Source: Tricharina praecox
Lineage: Eukaryota
Assembly: GCF_024521635.1 (NCBI RefSeq)
Contig: NW_026250422.1
Span: forward strand, 434,001-498,000
Length of the DNA stretch: 64,000 nucleotides
Direction: 5' to 3'
Position numbers and translations under genes: made by a program. Below, one piece after another: positions 36,976-49,038 of this stretch (positions are counted from its first letter, which is position 1; the number at the start of each line of letters is the position of its first letter). The notes beneath the pieces were generated by a model, which saw only the letters and a program-made list of their open reading frames with translations, was not told where the DNA came from and ran no database searches.

Positions 36976-38896
36976 TAACTTTTGAGCGACAAGAGCGACA
37001 ATGAGGCGTGCGCGGCGCCGGCGACGGGGGTTTTTTCCCTTTTTTCCTTTCTTCTTTATTTCTTTCTTTGTTTTGCATGTGCGGAGGGAGGCAAGGTGGG
37101 GGAGGAGGGGAGGCAGAGCGGGTGCAGGTGATAAGTGAACAATTGGGCGGGACAATTGGGCGGGACAATTGGGCGCGGCGGGGCGATTCCGATGCCGATT
37201 ACCTTTGGGGAGTGCAGGAGCTGGGAGTGCAGGAGTGTGTGCTGCTATAGCGACGCATAGTGTGGTGGTGGCTATCGTAGTATGGATCAGAGCGGAGCTG
37301 TGGACGACGCATAGAAGCCTGAAGGGGCGCTGGGCGCTGCGTGCGCAGAGGAACAGAAGATCAGGCATGAGGTATGAGGTATGGTATGTAGAGTACTTGG
37401 TACGGTATGTGCGGTAAGTAGCATCATCATCATCGTCGTTCATTCATCGTAGCCTCATAGGCTGCCCACTTCCTCCCACTTCCTCCTCACTTACCCCCGC
37501 TCTCTCTGTTCTTGTGCCTCTGTCGCTGTGCCTCTCCGTCTCCGCAACCCATCTATACATCCACCTACCAACCTATCGATCCCAGGTATCCGCCCATCAC
37601 CCATCGACACCGCGATCTCCGTCCGGGGGCGGAGTCGCTCACTGTTCACGCGCTCATACCTACCTGCCTACATACCTGCCTACCTACCTACGTGCGTGCG
37701 TGCGTGCGGGGGGACGAATCATAGCGTGCGGGGTTACAGGCTATGGATGTACCGGTACTATACATGCTATACATATGATAGGTACATAGGAGTACTACTC
37801 GCGCACCCGATAGTGCTGGTTCATCAACTACCTACCTACCTGCCTGCTTGCTTCCTGGAGTCGGGATTGGCGAGGTTCCGGAAGGTTCTTGAAGTTCTGT
37901 GGAGGTCTGTGGAGTTTCTTGAGGGGAGAGGTGTTCGAGAGCCCGTTCGATTGGGCCGCTGCGCTGCGCCGCACCGCACCGTCCCGTGTCCGTTTCGTGG
38001 AAGGGACTGGAGTGGAGCGGAGCACATAGAGCGATGAGCTCCAGAATCCAGATCGCCCGACCGCCAGTGGCGGCGGCGGGAGCGGCGGCGGCGGCGGCGA
38101 GGAGGGAGGAGGCTAACTACTGGGTATAGTAGTAGTAGACATGTATGTAGGAGACATGTATGAGACATGTAGTGTCACTCGAGCGCTGCGATGATTGATG
38201 TGCGCTGAGAGGATTGATCATTGGTATGCGGTACGCTGAGAGGTCGCGCCAGAGGGCAGAGAGCGGAGGATCGTGCACGACTGGACCGTCGCACCGATAC
38301 CTTCATAACTGGTACCTGGTAGCGGGTCGGTCGGACTCGGCTCGCTCTCAACCGAAGGACCCAATAAAATCCAGCATTGGAAGGAACGTAAATGATTTGC
38401 CAAATTGCTATGATCGGGCGACGGGCGTGGGCGATTTTGGCACGGACAAAAATAGATACATAAAATAATACTGTCAGTGGTCACTGTGCCACTTAAATGT
38501 TATTGAAACAGTGCTCATCCCACACGGGGCCTAGTTACTCTATTCCCCACCCCGAAACACCAGAATTCACGAGTGAGCTTCGATGAGCGGCTATTACTTC
38601 CAAGCCACCAGTAATAGAGTAGACACCGCGATGTTCCGCCCTCATATTGGCCGGACCGAACCGTATCACGCCAGGGAACCCAGGTAGAGAGTTCTTGCGC
38701 CGTCGTTCGGAAAACCTGAACGGCCGTCATCGGTACAGCGGTGGGTATCTTGATTCTGCACGCACACACGGAGTTGCAAAATAGTAGAAGGAGTAACTAC
38801 GGGAGGTTGATTTCGAACCAGCTGCGAGCATTTAGCCCGAGGACTCATCACTTCCGGCATCAAGTAAGCTACATACCTACCTACGAGCTGAAGTCC

Positions 38897-39878
38897 TCAC
38901 CAGCTCCCCCTCTCCATCCACCTCTCCATCCACCTCTCCCTTTCCCACCCCCTCACCAGCTCCCGCTCCCGCTCCCTCTTCCTCTTCCTCTCCCGCTCCA
39001 TTTCATCAACCTCCTTCTGCAGCCTAACCACCTCCTGCCTTCTAACCAAGCCCATCAAACAGCCATGACAGACCGCACCAACCGAACCCGCACCAACCGA
39101 CCTCGGAAAGTAAAACCGCATAACATACCTCTCGCCGCAGAACTCACATGGCGGGTAGCCGTCGCCTCGCACATCTGCCGCCTCGCCCGCCGTGCCCGCC
39201 TCACTCGCCATGCTTCCGAACACTACACCCCTGGGCCTGGAAGCAGCGGGCACCGGCAGCGGCGGGGGAGCACTGTACTCCAGCATATCCCGTAACTCCC
39301 TCAACTCGACCATATGCGCAGTAACCGTGGCAACGGTGGCGCGCAGCCTGGCTTCACTACCACCACCACCACCACCACCACCACCATCTTCACCCTCCCA
39401 CTCTGCCTCCTCCTCTTCCGGCCATTCTCTCTCCCCCCTCCACCTCTTCCAATCTCCCTCCCTCCTCCTGCCATCCCCCCTCCCCCTCCTGCTACCATCC
39501 TCCCTCTTCCTGCCAGTCTGCCTCCTCACCCTCCCCCTCCTGCCAGTCTGCCGCCCCCTCCCCCTCCTGCCAGTCTGCCTCCTGCTGCCAGTCTGCCTCC
39601 CCCTCCTCCTCCTGCCTCCCCCCCCCCTCCTCCTCCTCCCCCTCCTCCGCCTCCTCCACCTCCTCTTCGTCACTACGCTCCTCCTGCAGCGCGAGCTCAG
39701 CTCTCCTCTGCTGCAGAACGGCTTCGACCTTCCGGTCGAACCGTGCGCAGAGGGACGAGATGGGGTGGAGTAGTGAGTTCAGGCGGCTGAGGAGGGAGCG
39801 GTGGGAGTGGTGGGTGCGGTGAGAAGAGCTGGTGGTGGCGGAGGGGGCTTCGCTGCGTGTGGGTTTTGAGGGTGGCAT
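38897..39878 (-). pseudogene. Disrupted orphan ORF with ADWQE repeats and a C-terminal CxxC...CxxC motif
   Basis: The frame starting MPPSK (ATG 39878) stops at TGG TAG CAG (stop 39492-39494) inside a WQ(Q)E repeat that continues beyond the stop. The protein-like C-terminal half (CEFC...CHGC plus coiled coil) lies in another frame. No convincing intron bridges the two. Confidence 0.55.
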
Positions 39879-40418
39879 GGTTGGGGTCTTGTTCTTGTTT
39901 GTAAGCTGGGAGATGTGAGGCATACACAAGAGTTCCTAGACAGCCGCGAGGGGATGGGGGATAAGTGCTTCACATGGAATACGAGAGCCGACGGGGGCTC
40001 ATGTTGGCAGCAAATGGGTTCATATTGAGGGTTCGAGACGGCGCAGGAAACAGGAGTTGCCCCCCGGGGTGTCCACCGTCAAGTGGAAGTGAAGCCGAAG
40101 CTTCTCGAACATATGCTCGACTCCTTACCAAACCACCATCCATTCGATGCTCCATTCGATGCTCCATTTACCTCCATTCATCTCCACCGTCATCATGTAT
40201 CATGAAACTATACAACCTATAAAACAGCAAAAAGATTACACCCCGAAACAAAAGATTATACCCATGAAAACCAGCCATCACCCAGTAACAGTAACAGTAA
40301 CAGTAACAGTAACAGAAAGAGAAGAAAGAATAAAGGGAAGATGGAAAAAACAATATGTAGACAAGTGCATCCCCAATCTAACCAGACCACCCGCATCTAA
40401 ACCGACCCTCCCCCCCAT

Positions 40419-43400
40419 CTAGCTGCTAAGAGTAGCGATCGCAACGGCAATGGCCTGCGTGTCGCTGTGTGTGATCGACACCTGGACGCTCTCGACGCCG
40501 GCAGCGGTGGCGGCCTTCTGTGCATCTCCGTGAAGCTGTTCTAATGTTAACATCGTGTCAAGTCTGTGGGTGGGGGGATGAGAGTCAACTGACCTTGACA
40601 ACAGGCGCGCCCTTCTCGTCGCGCAGAATCTCAATCTCCTTCAGAGGCGCACCGGCACCCTTTCCAGGAACACCCAAGCTCTTGAAGACACTCTCCTTAG
40701 CGCTCCAGCGACCAGCAAAGCTGGCCTGGGGGCTAGGCGCCTTGTTGCAGTACTCAATCTCGGCGGCAGTGAAGTTGCGCTCGATAAAGTTCTCGTTGTC
40801 CACGTTGATGCTCGAGATGTGCTCGGCGTCGACACCAACCCTGGTGTTTGAGCCCGTCACCGAGTGCGTGGCCAAGTGCTCGACCATCTTGCGCGTGCTC
40901 TCGATCGAAGGATCGGCCTTGCGCGTGAGCTGGGCGGGGTAGGTGTACGAGCCAGCCTTCTTGTTGGCCTCAACACGGCAGAGAGGGTCAAGGAAGACGG
41001 ACGACTCCTGGTCGGGAGTGTATGGCGCGTGCGACTTGGCCTGGAACAGGTTGTTCTCGACCAGGGAGGTGTGGTAGTAGCGGTAAGCCTTCTTGTATCG
41101 AGCATCAACTTTGGCCTTGTACCCGTTGTAGGTGGCCTCGTCAAGAGTTGCGAAGAGGTACTTGGGGTGGACAGCGATGGCCTGAGCTCCCTTCTGACCG
41201 AAACCGAACGAAGTGACGGAGAAGGCCTTGATGCCGTCCGTCTGCATCGATCGGCTGGGGTAGACGATGTACTCGAATTGCTCCAGATTGGCGTCAACAT
41301 TGTCGGCATTCCTGTTTCCGGGAACAAGTCCCGAGTTCATGCACTGCAGGCCACCGTTCATCATCCAGGCACCAGCAGCACCCTTGGGATGACCGGTCAA
41401 GAACTTCTGGAAGATACCGAGGACAGCGTTACCCTTCTTACGGCCAAGGTGAGTCATCATCTTGTTGATAGCATCAGACTCGTTCTTGTCGTTGGCCTTG
41501 GTGCTGGTTCCGTGGAAAGAAGCAACTCCCAGATCGTCGATGGTGAGACCCCATGTAGCGAGGGCACCACGGAGAGGAGCGATCTTGGGATCACGCTTCC
41601 AGAAATCGTTGCCCCAGGTAGAAAGGGCTTCCTTCTCCTGTCGGGTGGCCTCCTTCTCGACGTGCGTGGCCCTGTCCGCAAGGTACTCGTTCTCGTTGAA
41701 CTCTGCGCCCTGCGCCTTCATCGCGGCAACCTCCTCGTTCAAGTACAGAAGCTCTGTCTCGGTCCACTGCTTGATCTGGGCCTTGCGCAGGTCGAGCTGT
41801 CTCTTGCGGTAACCGATGTCCAGAAGGGGGCTGGGGAACTTGCTGCTGGCCTCACGGGCAGTCGTCAAGATACCCTGACCGGGGGCGGGGATGCTGCGTC
41901 CAATCTTGTCGGTGGCAGTGGCGGTCATGGCAACGATACCGTAGATGGGAACTCCCATGTCCAAGGCAAGCTTGGCCGTCATGATGAGCTGAACACCACA
42001 TCCCTGAGACTCCATAAAACCGTTACGGGTAGTAGTGGTAGGGCGAGACATCTCCGAGGGAGTCCTGCCATGGGCAAACTCATCCTCGGCGTTGCTGGTA
42101 GCCTTCATGTTGGCGAACTCGTAAGAGCCTTCCTCCTGAAAGTCGTCGAATCCACCGACGAAGCAGACCTTGGCCTTGCCCTCGATGATGGTCTCGTAAC
42201 CGATGTCCATCGACTCGACCGCAGTAGCACAAGCACCGACGGGGGTCTTGATGGGACCGGTCGAAGACAAGAGCAACATGTTGACCCAAGCGGCCATGGT
42301 GTTGATGAAGGACTCCTGGAGGACATCCTTCTGGATGGGCTTGTCCATGTAGCGACCCTTGTACATACCGCGCAGAGCACTGGTACCTCCGACACCGGAA
42401 CCAACACAGTTTCCGACCTCAGAGATGTGGACGTACTTGTAGAACTCGTAAGGATCAGTGATACCGGCGCAGATCATGGACTCGGCGACAGTGACCAGGA
42501 CGTAAAGGGTAACAGGGTCGACCTGGGAGATGATATCCTCCGGTACACCGTAGCGTCTGGCATCCCATCCGGTCGGGACCTGACCGGCAACAAGGCGGTC
42601 AAATTTGAGGGCCTTGGGGACGAGCAGAGTGGCACCCTTCTTCAGGCGGACAGTGTACTCGCCGGACTCCAGCTCAAAGATCTCGGCCTTGTCGTCGTGA
42701 CGCCTCCTGAACTCTTCCGCAGTCTCCTTGCTAGCCTCGAAGGGGTCCATATCTTCCTCGATGACAATCTCGTGCAGAAGCTCCTTCTTGAGGGGGTCGT
42801 AACCGCCGAACAGCTCACTCTCGATAAGACGGATACCGGCGTGCTCGAGGATGTACTTCTCGTACTTGGGCTTGACGTCCTTGTCATCGACAGGTTCGCC
42901 AGTCTTCGCGTCAACCCATCCAGCGTATTGCTTGCCCTTGATGGGTCCCTTGAAGTGCTTGATCAGGCCCATGATCCAGGCCATCTCGATGCAACCCTCG
43001 AGAGAGAACTTTCCGTACGCCTCCATCTCCCAACGAGTACGCGAGTTACCCCAGGGACCGACTTCGGCGAAACCTGCGACAACGACAACCTTCTCGAGGT
43101 CAACCATACCCTTGCGGGTGGCGGCGAGCGACTCGATCTCGGTCTTGTAGTCGGGCAGCACAGGGAAGTCGAACTTCATGTTGGCGCGAGGCTGGATGGT
43201 AACCTTCTGGTAGAGCTTCTCGTTCTCGTCGCCGTTGATGATCTTGTGCTCGATGGCGGTCTCGGAGGTGACTGCACGGCGGATCTCGGAAGTCTCCATG
43301 AGGTTCTGACGCAGCTTGCTGGAGAGCTCATTCAGGTTGGGGATGTACTGCAAGGCACCGTTGAGATCGGCAAACACAGGCTCGTTCTGGCACAGGTTAA

Positions 43401-46272
43401 CGACGGCGGGGGCCAACAATCCGAGGATGTTGAAAGCCATCTCCTGCTGCGAGAAAGTGCGGACACCGAACTTCTCAATGCCTTCGGCGATGATGTTGTT
43501 GCCGCTCATCAGACCGGTTCCACGGGTCCATCCGATCACAGCTCCGCAGATGCTCAGGTAGTTACCCCAAGACTCAGAGTGCCATCGGTTGAAAAGAGTC
43601 TCCAGACCCAACTTGGACTCGGAGTACAGACCGTCGTTACCGAAGGTTCCGTGGTTGGGCGACAAAGGCAGGATAACCTGAGCGGGCCTGGTCTCGATTC
43701 CGCGGGAAGCCTTGTTGGTCTTCACCATACCGAGGAGTCGGAGAAGGTTGGTCAACATGATACGGTGAGCGAGTTCGGACCTGGAGTCGATGCTATCGAT
43801 CTCCCGTCCGTTCTCGGGAATAGCGGCGAAAGGAATGATAAAGTCAAGATCCCAGCCCAGTCCAGCCTTAGTGTCGTAGACGTAGTTGACCAGAGCTTCG
43901 ACATCCTGCTTGCTGCCTTGATTGAAGGGAACGACGACAAGCTGAGATCCGCGCGAACCGTACTTGGTGTACATTGACTGGTAATATTCCGTGACCTCGC
44001 GAGAGAATCGAGAGGTAGTGACGACAACCTTGGCACCTCCGCTGATGAGGCCCTGCAACACCTCCGCACCGATGGATCCAGCACCGGCACCGGTCATGAG
44101 GACATTCTTGCCCTGGAAAGTGATACCCTCCTACAAAAAGTCAGTCAAAGCCGGTAAGGAGTTAGGGGGAAGAATTCAATTACCGCAGCAGCGTTCTCCA
44201 AGCACTCGAGATACAGGCCAGTAAGCTTCTTCGAGTACTCCCATCCGTGCTCCTCCTTTCTTCGGAGGTGCAGGAAAGGAATACACTCCGTGACTCCTTC
44301 ACCGCCGCGCTTCTTGGGGTTGCGCTTGGCTTTTCCGTTCTCCTGCATGATCTGCCCCTCGTTCATCGCAAGGCTGCGAATAACATCCGCGTAGAGAGTC
44401 TTGATCTCGAGCTGGGAAGATTTGGACATTCTCTGCTGCTGGCGGATGATCTTGTAAATCTTGGTCAGGTTGCTCTGGACCTTGGTACGGTTGCCGTACT
44501 CGCTCATCTTTCCACCGGCCGCCATCTCCTTGACATAGTGCTCAAGTTTGCGGACAGAAGGACGAGGAACCTCAGCGTAGCTCAGGTTACCCTTGGCATC
44601 GATGGTGGTTTGCGGGCCGGTAGGGAAGGCGACATCTTTGTAGGTGGGTGCCACGTTCAGGGCCTCTTTGCAGTTCTCGATGAGCATTTCACCCAACTGC
44701 TTCGCCAGCTGGTAGGTGTCACCCCGCTCGGTAGGACAGTTGTCAATGTGGTACTGCATGAATTCGAGCAAGATCGGGTTCGATCGGTTCATGATACCAA
44801 TGCACTGAGAGACTATCTCGCGGTCGACGAGCTTCAGGCGCCCAAAGATGATGTCGTAAAACATCGAAAGAGCATCCTGTCTCGCCCAGTTCCAGGAAGA
44901 GTCATAGACACGGGCCTTCAGGGGTGTGAATGTAGGCTCGATACCGGAAGCGTAGAAATCTCCGTGCTCCACGTTCCACAGGTCGAGCTGAGCCTGCAAA
45001 ACCTTATTGCCCTCTTCCGAGCCGATGAACGCCTTGTCACCCTTTCGTAGGTCCATCTTGAGGTATCTCGCCAACAGCTCCAGCTGCTGCTTGAACAACG
45101 CCTTCTGGTCCTTGGTGAGAGCATCCAGAGCAGCGGGGTCCATCATCATGCCGCCAGCACCTCCGGCACCTCCGGCACCACCAGCTGCTGGTGCCGACAG
45201 GGAAATACCAGCTGTAGCGGCGTACTTGTTCGCTACAGTGTCCAAGAAGGCCTTGGCATCCGGTTCACCAGCCAATCGTGCCGCCGGCTCCATGGTAATG
45301 GCGAGCAGCATAACTCCGTCCTGACGTCCGGATCCGAGACCCCACCGGTCTACGAGGTATTTGCGCACCGCCGTGATGTTGAATCCACCGGGCATCTTGC
45401 TGGAGACCAATCGAGCGATGAGGGAACTCGACTGTTTGCCCAGTTGGCCGTTGAAAGTAGACTGAAACGCGCCTCCCAGCTCATCGAGAGGGACATCTTC
45501 GGGCTTTTCGGGAGTGGCGCCGAATTCCTTCTGCAGATCTGAGATGAAGCGGTGGTGAGCGGAGACGAACTTTGTAGGGTTAGGGGTGGGGCTCTCTCAC
45601 CTCCGAGAATCTCGTTCTGGAGAGTACTCTTTCCATTGACCAAATCTTTGATTGCCTTTGACAGCGGGATATCGCCGAACGGTTTCTTGAGTTTCTGTGC
45701 GATGATTGCTCTCACAATATCGGTAGCCTGAACAGGTGCATCTTCCACCTGGGCGGCGGGGCCTGCACCGGGAGCGGGGGCGGCAATGGCAATCGGCGAG
45801 GCGGCAGCAGCCTGAGAAGGTGACGACGACGACGACTCTGCCGGCTTCTCGTCCTCCTCCTCTACTGGCTCAACATCGTAGTAGATCTCCTTCGCGTCCT
45901 TGTTGTAGCAAAGAATCTGGCGCTGCAGGGACTGAGCGGCATCGTAGGCTTCGTATTTGGAGGCCAGTGTCCGCCGGGCCATACCACCGAGGGTATCCGA
46001 GGGACCAATCTCGACAATCCGCTCGGCGGAGTGCTCAGCGAGGATTACATCTTGGGTTTCAATCCTACGGAATCCAGATAGCAATGATTAGCCTGATTGA
46101 ACTCTTTCGGGGATGAAGCGGGGGAGGGGGAGCTGCAATCGCAGGTAGAGGACGGGGGGAAATTGAAGGGCCGAGCAGCTGGCGCTCACCATCTGACGGG
46201 ACTGGCAAACTGGTAGGCGAGGAGCTCTACCAGCAGAGTGTATGCCAACTCCTGTTCCTGTTCCGGTCTCAT
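40419..46272 (-). CDS. FAS2: Fatty acid synthase subunit alpha (ACP-KR-KS-PPT), ~1851 aa
   Basis: Exons 46190-46272, 45601-46064, 44184-45538, 40594-44130 and 40419-40535 total 5556 nt. Motifs [58 protein letters not shown], and PPT VGVDAE...WSAKESVFK...VSITH. Confidence 0.98.
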
Positions 46273-49038
46273 CGTGAAGTCGTTGTATGTGATTAAGATG
46301 CCGTTAAGTAGGATTTGGTGTATCACGGGGTGTGAGGATTGCTATCTGTTTTCGGTTGCCGTTTTGATTTTGCAAATACGACTTGAAAGGAATTGAGCTG
46401 CGAGACGGATTACAATTGATACGACAAGGTGATGGTGGAGGATAGCACTGAGCTCGTAGTGGGGAGTGGGGGGTAGAGGAGTGGACGGAATTGAGTTCTT
46501 GATGGATGAAACGACGACTCGGAGGACAGAGGAAGGAATGGGGAGAGGTCGAGTGCGAGGAGGAGAGAAGGACGGATGGTAATTGATTGTTTGTGGATGG
46601 CCGCTTCCCTTTTTTTTCTCTCTCTCTTTGCGGAGCGGGCCTTCTAGCTGTACTGGAGGATGGAGGAGGGATGTTGGTGGAGGAGGAGGGGAGGTGTGGA
46701 GGGGGACGCTAGTGGTTGGCAAGCTCACTCGCTCCCAACTCGCCAGGTTTAAAGAAATTTTGGGAAGGGTTGCTAGCGAGGGGACAGGGCAGGGGTTGCT
46801 CTTGAGAAAAATGTTGGGATCGAAGGGCAAAGACGGGCAACAAGACGAGACGGAAGAGAAGCCTCAATTCAGGAACAACAATTGTGCCGGTCGTGACTCT
46901 TCTCTATCGTATCCGGGGAAGAATGCGTACGCTCATTTTCCGTCCGTCTGTCTGTCGGTCCGGAGTAGTAATCAATCATCGTAGCCGTCAAGTCACCAGG
47001 AACTGTATGCTGCCATGGCGTGGTCACCACCACCACCACCACCATTATTGGGATTCTTCGAGATACCCGTTGGAACTACTTTTCCACCGGCACTCGAGAC
47101 TCGAGGATGACCACAGCATGTAGGTGCCCATATCCGCAAGGAATCCATCTCTGTATCTCTACCTGTACGTGCTCCATATCCGCAAGGAATCTGGGTATCT
47201 ACATATCTTCCCGATCGCCACCAGCCCCACCACCCCACTAGCCACAGTGCCCCTCGGTCAGAAGGATGTTGAATGAAAGTTTTGGACAAGGGAAGAAAGG
47301 GGAGGGAGGGATATGAGCTTCGCTGCCTTTGCTGCTAGAGCCAGGCTCGTAGCTGTTTCCCGAGCTGGTGTAGGTACGTGGATAGAAGTGCCTAGTACGG
47401 GCCGGTAGAGCAGATGGAGTATCTAGACTCCGGAGCACAGCGAAGAGTGCAGAGGTTGTAACTTTGATTTCATGAATGCGGTACTCTGCTGTGCAGTACG
47501 GGCATACAGCCTGTTGGCCAGCACGGAAGAAGCAACTATAACGCTCTCCGAGCTTCTACCCACAATCAGGCCATATTTCATGCATCCATGCATCGTTACC
47601 CATGAACTTCCAATTCACCATCTCGCTCATCACCATCATCCTCCTCCGCCTCCTCCTCCTCGTCCTCAGCCATTCGAGCCGTAAGCATCCACCGTTGAGC
47701 ATCCCAGCAATCCTCCGACTTCAACAACAAACGTTCCCAACACTACCGCGTACCACCAACATCAGTGATATCTCGGTCTCGGCAATTAATACCTCGAGGC
47801 ATTAGTGGCGACAGATCCAGAGTCCCATTGGGGACAAGGGATGACGGGGGGCGGGGAGGAGAAGCCCAAGCTGGTGAGATAGATAAGTGTTCGTACGCAT
47901 GTCAGTGTTGCAGTGTAGCAGTAGTATATGGTACCGGTATGCACTCAGGGCTGTCACGAAGCAGGTCGAGGTGCGGCGTATGGTGGGGTCGGTTCGATTG
48001 ATGCAGCTCAGCCGAGCTGTATGTAGAGTGTAGTAGAGGTGCCGGTATTGCTGAGCAAAAGAAAGCATGCTCGAGCCAAACTCTCCGATTTCCATTTGAG
48101 CTCACCGGATAGGCGTGGATGACGCTCTGGAGCGGGACCCTTGGAGACAACCAGCCCGTCCTTGCCCGCTTGCCCGTCCCCTCCCCTCCATGCTTCGCCG
48201 TGGGGTGGTCGGGGCGTTTACAGTTTTACCCCAAGGACCCGTGTTGCGTTGGGGCTCTTTATCGCGGCCCCTAGCAGGGATGGGTGGGGAAAATTGGGTC
48301 CGGCTTGGCGGTGGCCCCTCAACAACTCGGGAACGGTGTGTTACACCCACCACAGCAAAAAATATTGTGGAGCGAACGGCGTCGAGTGGCTGCTGGCTCT
48401 GGCGGAAGGAGGTGAAGAGAGGACGAAAAAGAGTCCAAATGCGAAAACACTCTAGAGAGACTGGCGAGAGGGAGCGAAGGGAAGGGAGGGAAGGAAGGGG
48501 GAGCGAGTGAAAAGAATCTAATCCACTCTCCTCCTTCCCCCACCATCCTCTCCCCCGTAGATACAGCGCTGTGCCAGTAGGAGCGCTCTACAATACCCCT
48601 CCATCATCACCTCCCCCTCCACTGACACCTGGTTGCTCTCCCACTACTGCTCCTCCTCCATCAATCCTCCTCCCATCCCATCCCATCCATCCTCCCCTCC
48701 TCCTCCTCCCCTCTCCCTCCATTTCAGTTGGTCTGTGTGCGTGCGGTGTGTCTCTCATCCTCATACTTCTCCTCTCCCTCACCCAAAAAGAAATACCATA
48801 GCTGCTTCACGATCACTGTCAACCGGTTTAAATTTTAATTGGCGTTTGAAATTCAATTCCATCCATCTCAATTCCTTCGATCAGCCTTGCATTAGATTCC
48901 CCAAAGCTCCGTAAGTTTATCGATTCCATCGTGCCTCCCAATTGACCCCTCTCGGTTCCGTCTCGAGCTTCATGTGCTGATGCTTCGTTGCAGAGCTTCA
49001 GAGGCACACTCCCACGAAAGAAGAAGGAAAAAAAAGCA
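46273..49038. promoter_or_regulatory. Bidirectional promoter region shared by FAS2 and FAS1
   Basis: The two start codons are head-to-head about 2.77 kb apart with no credible gene between them. Mirrored motifs lie at 46725-46746 and 48461-48510. Confidence 0.8.
48911..48993 (+). other. Probable 5'-UTR intron of FAS1
   Basis: Donor gtaagt at 48911, branch gctgat at ~48976 and acceptor cag at 48991-93, ending 45 nt before the ATG. Confidence 0.75.

Noticed and set aside
40864..43977. 1037-aa ORF antisense to FAS2
   Set aside because: It is a codon-registered shadow of a strongly biased gene that rarely uses TTA, CTA or TCA. It has no recognisable motifs.
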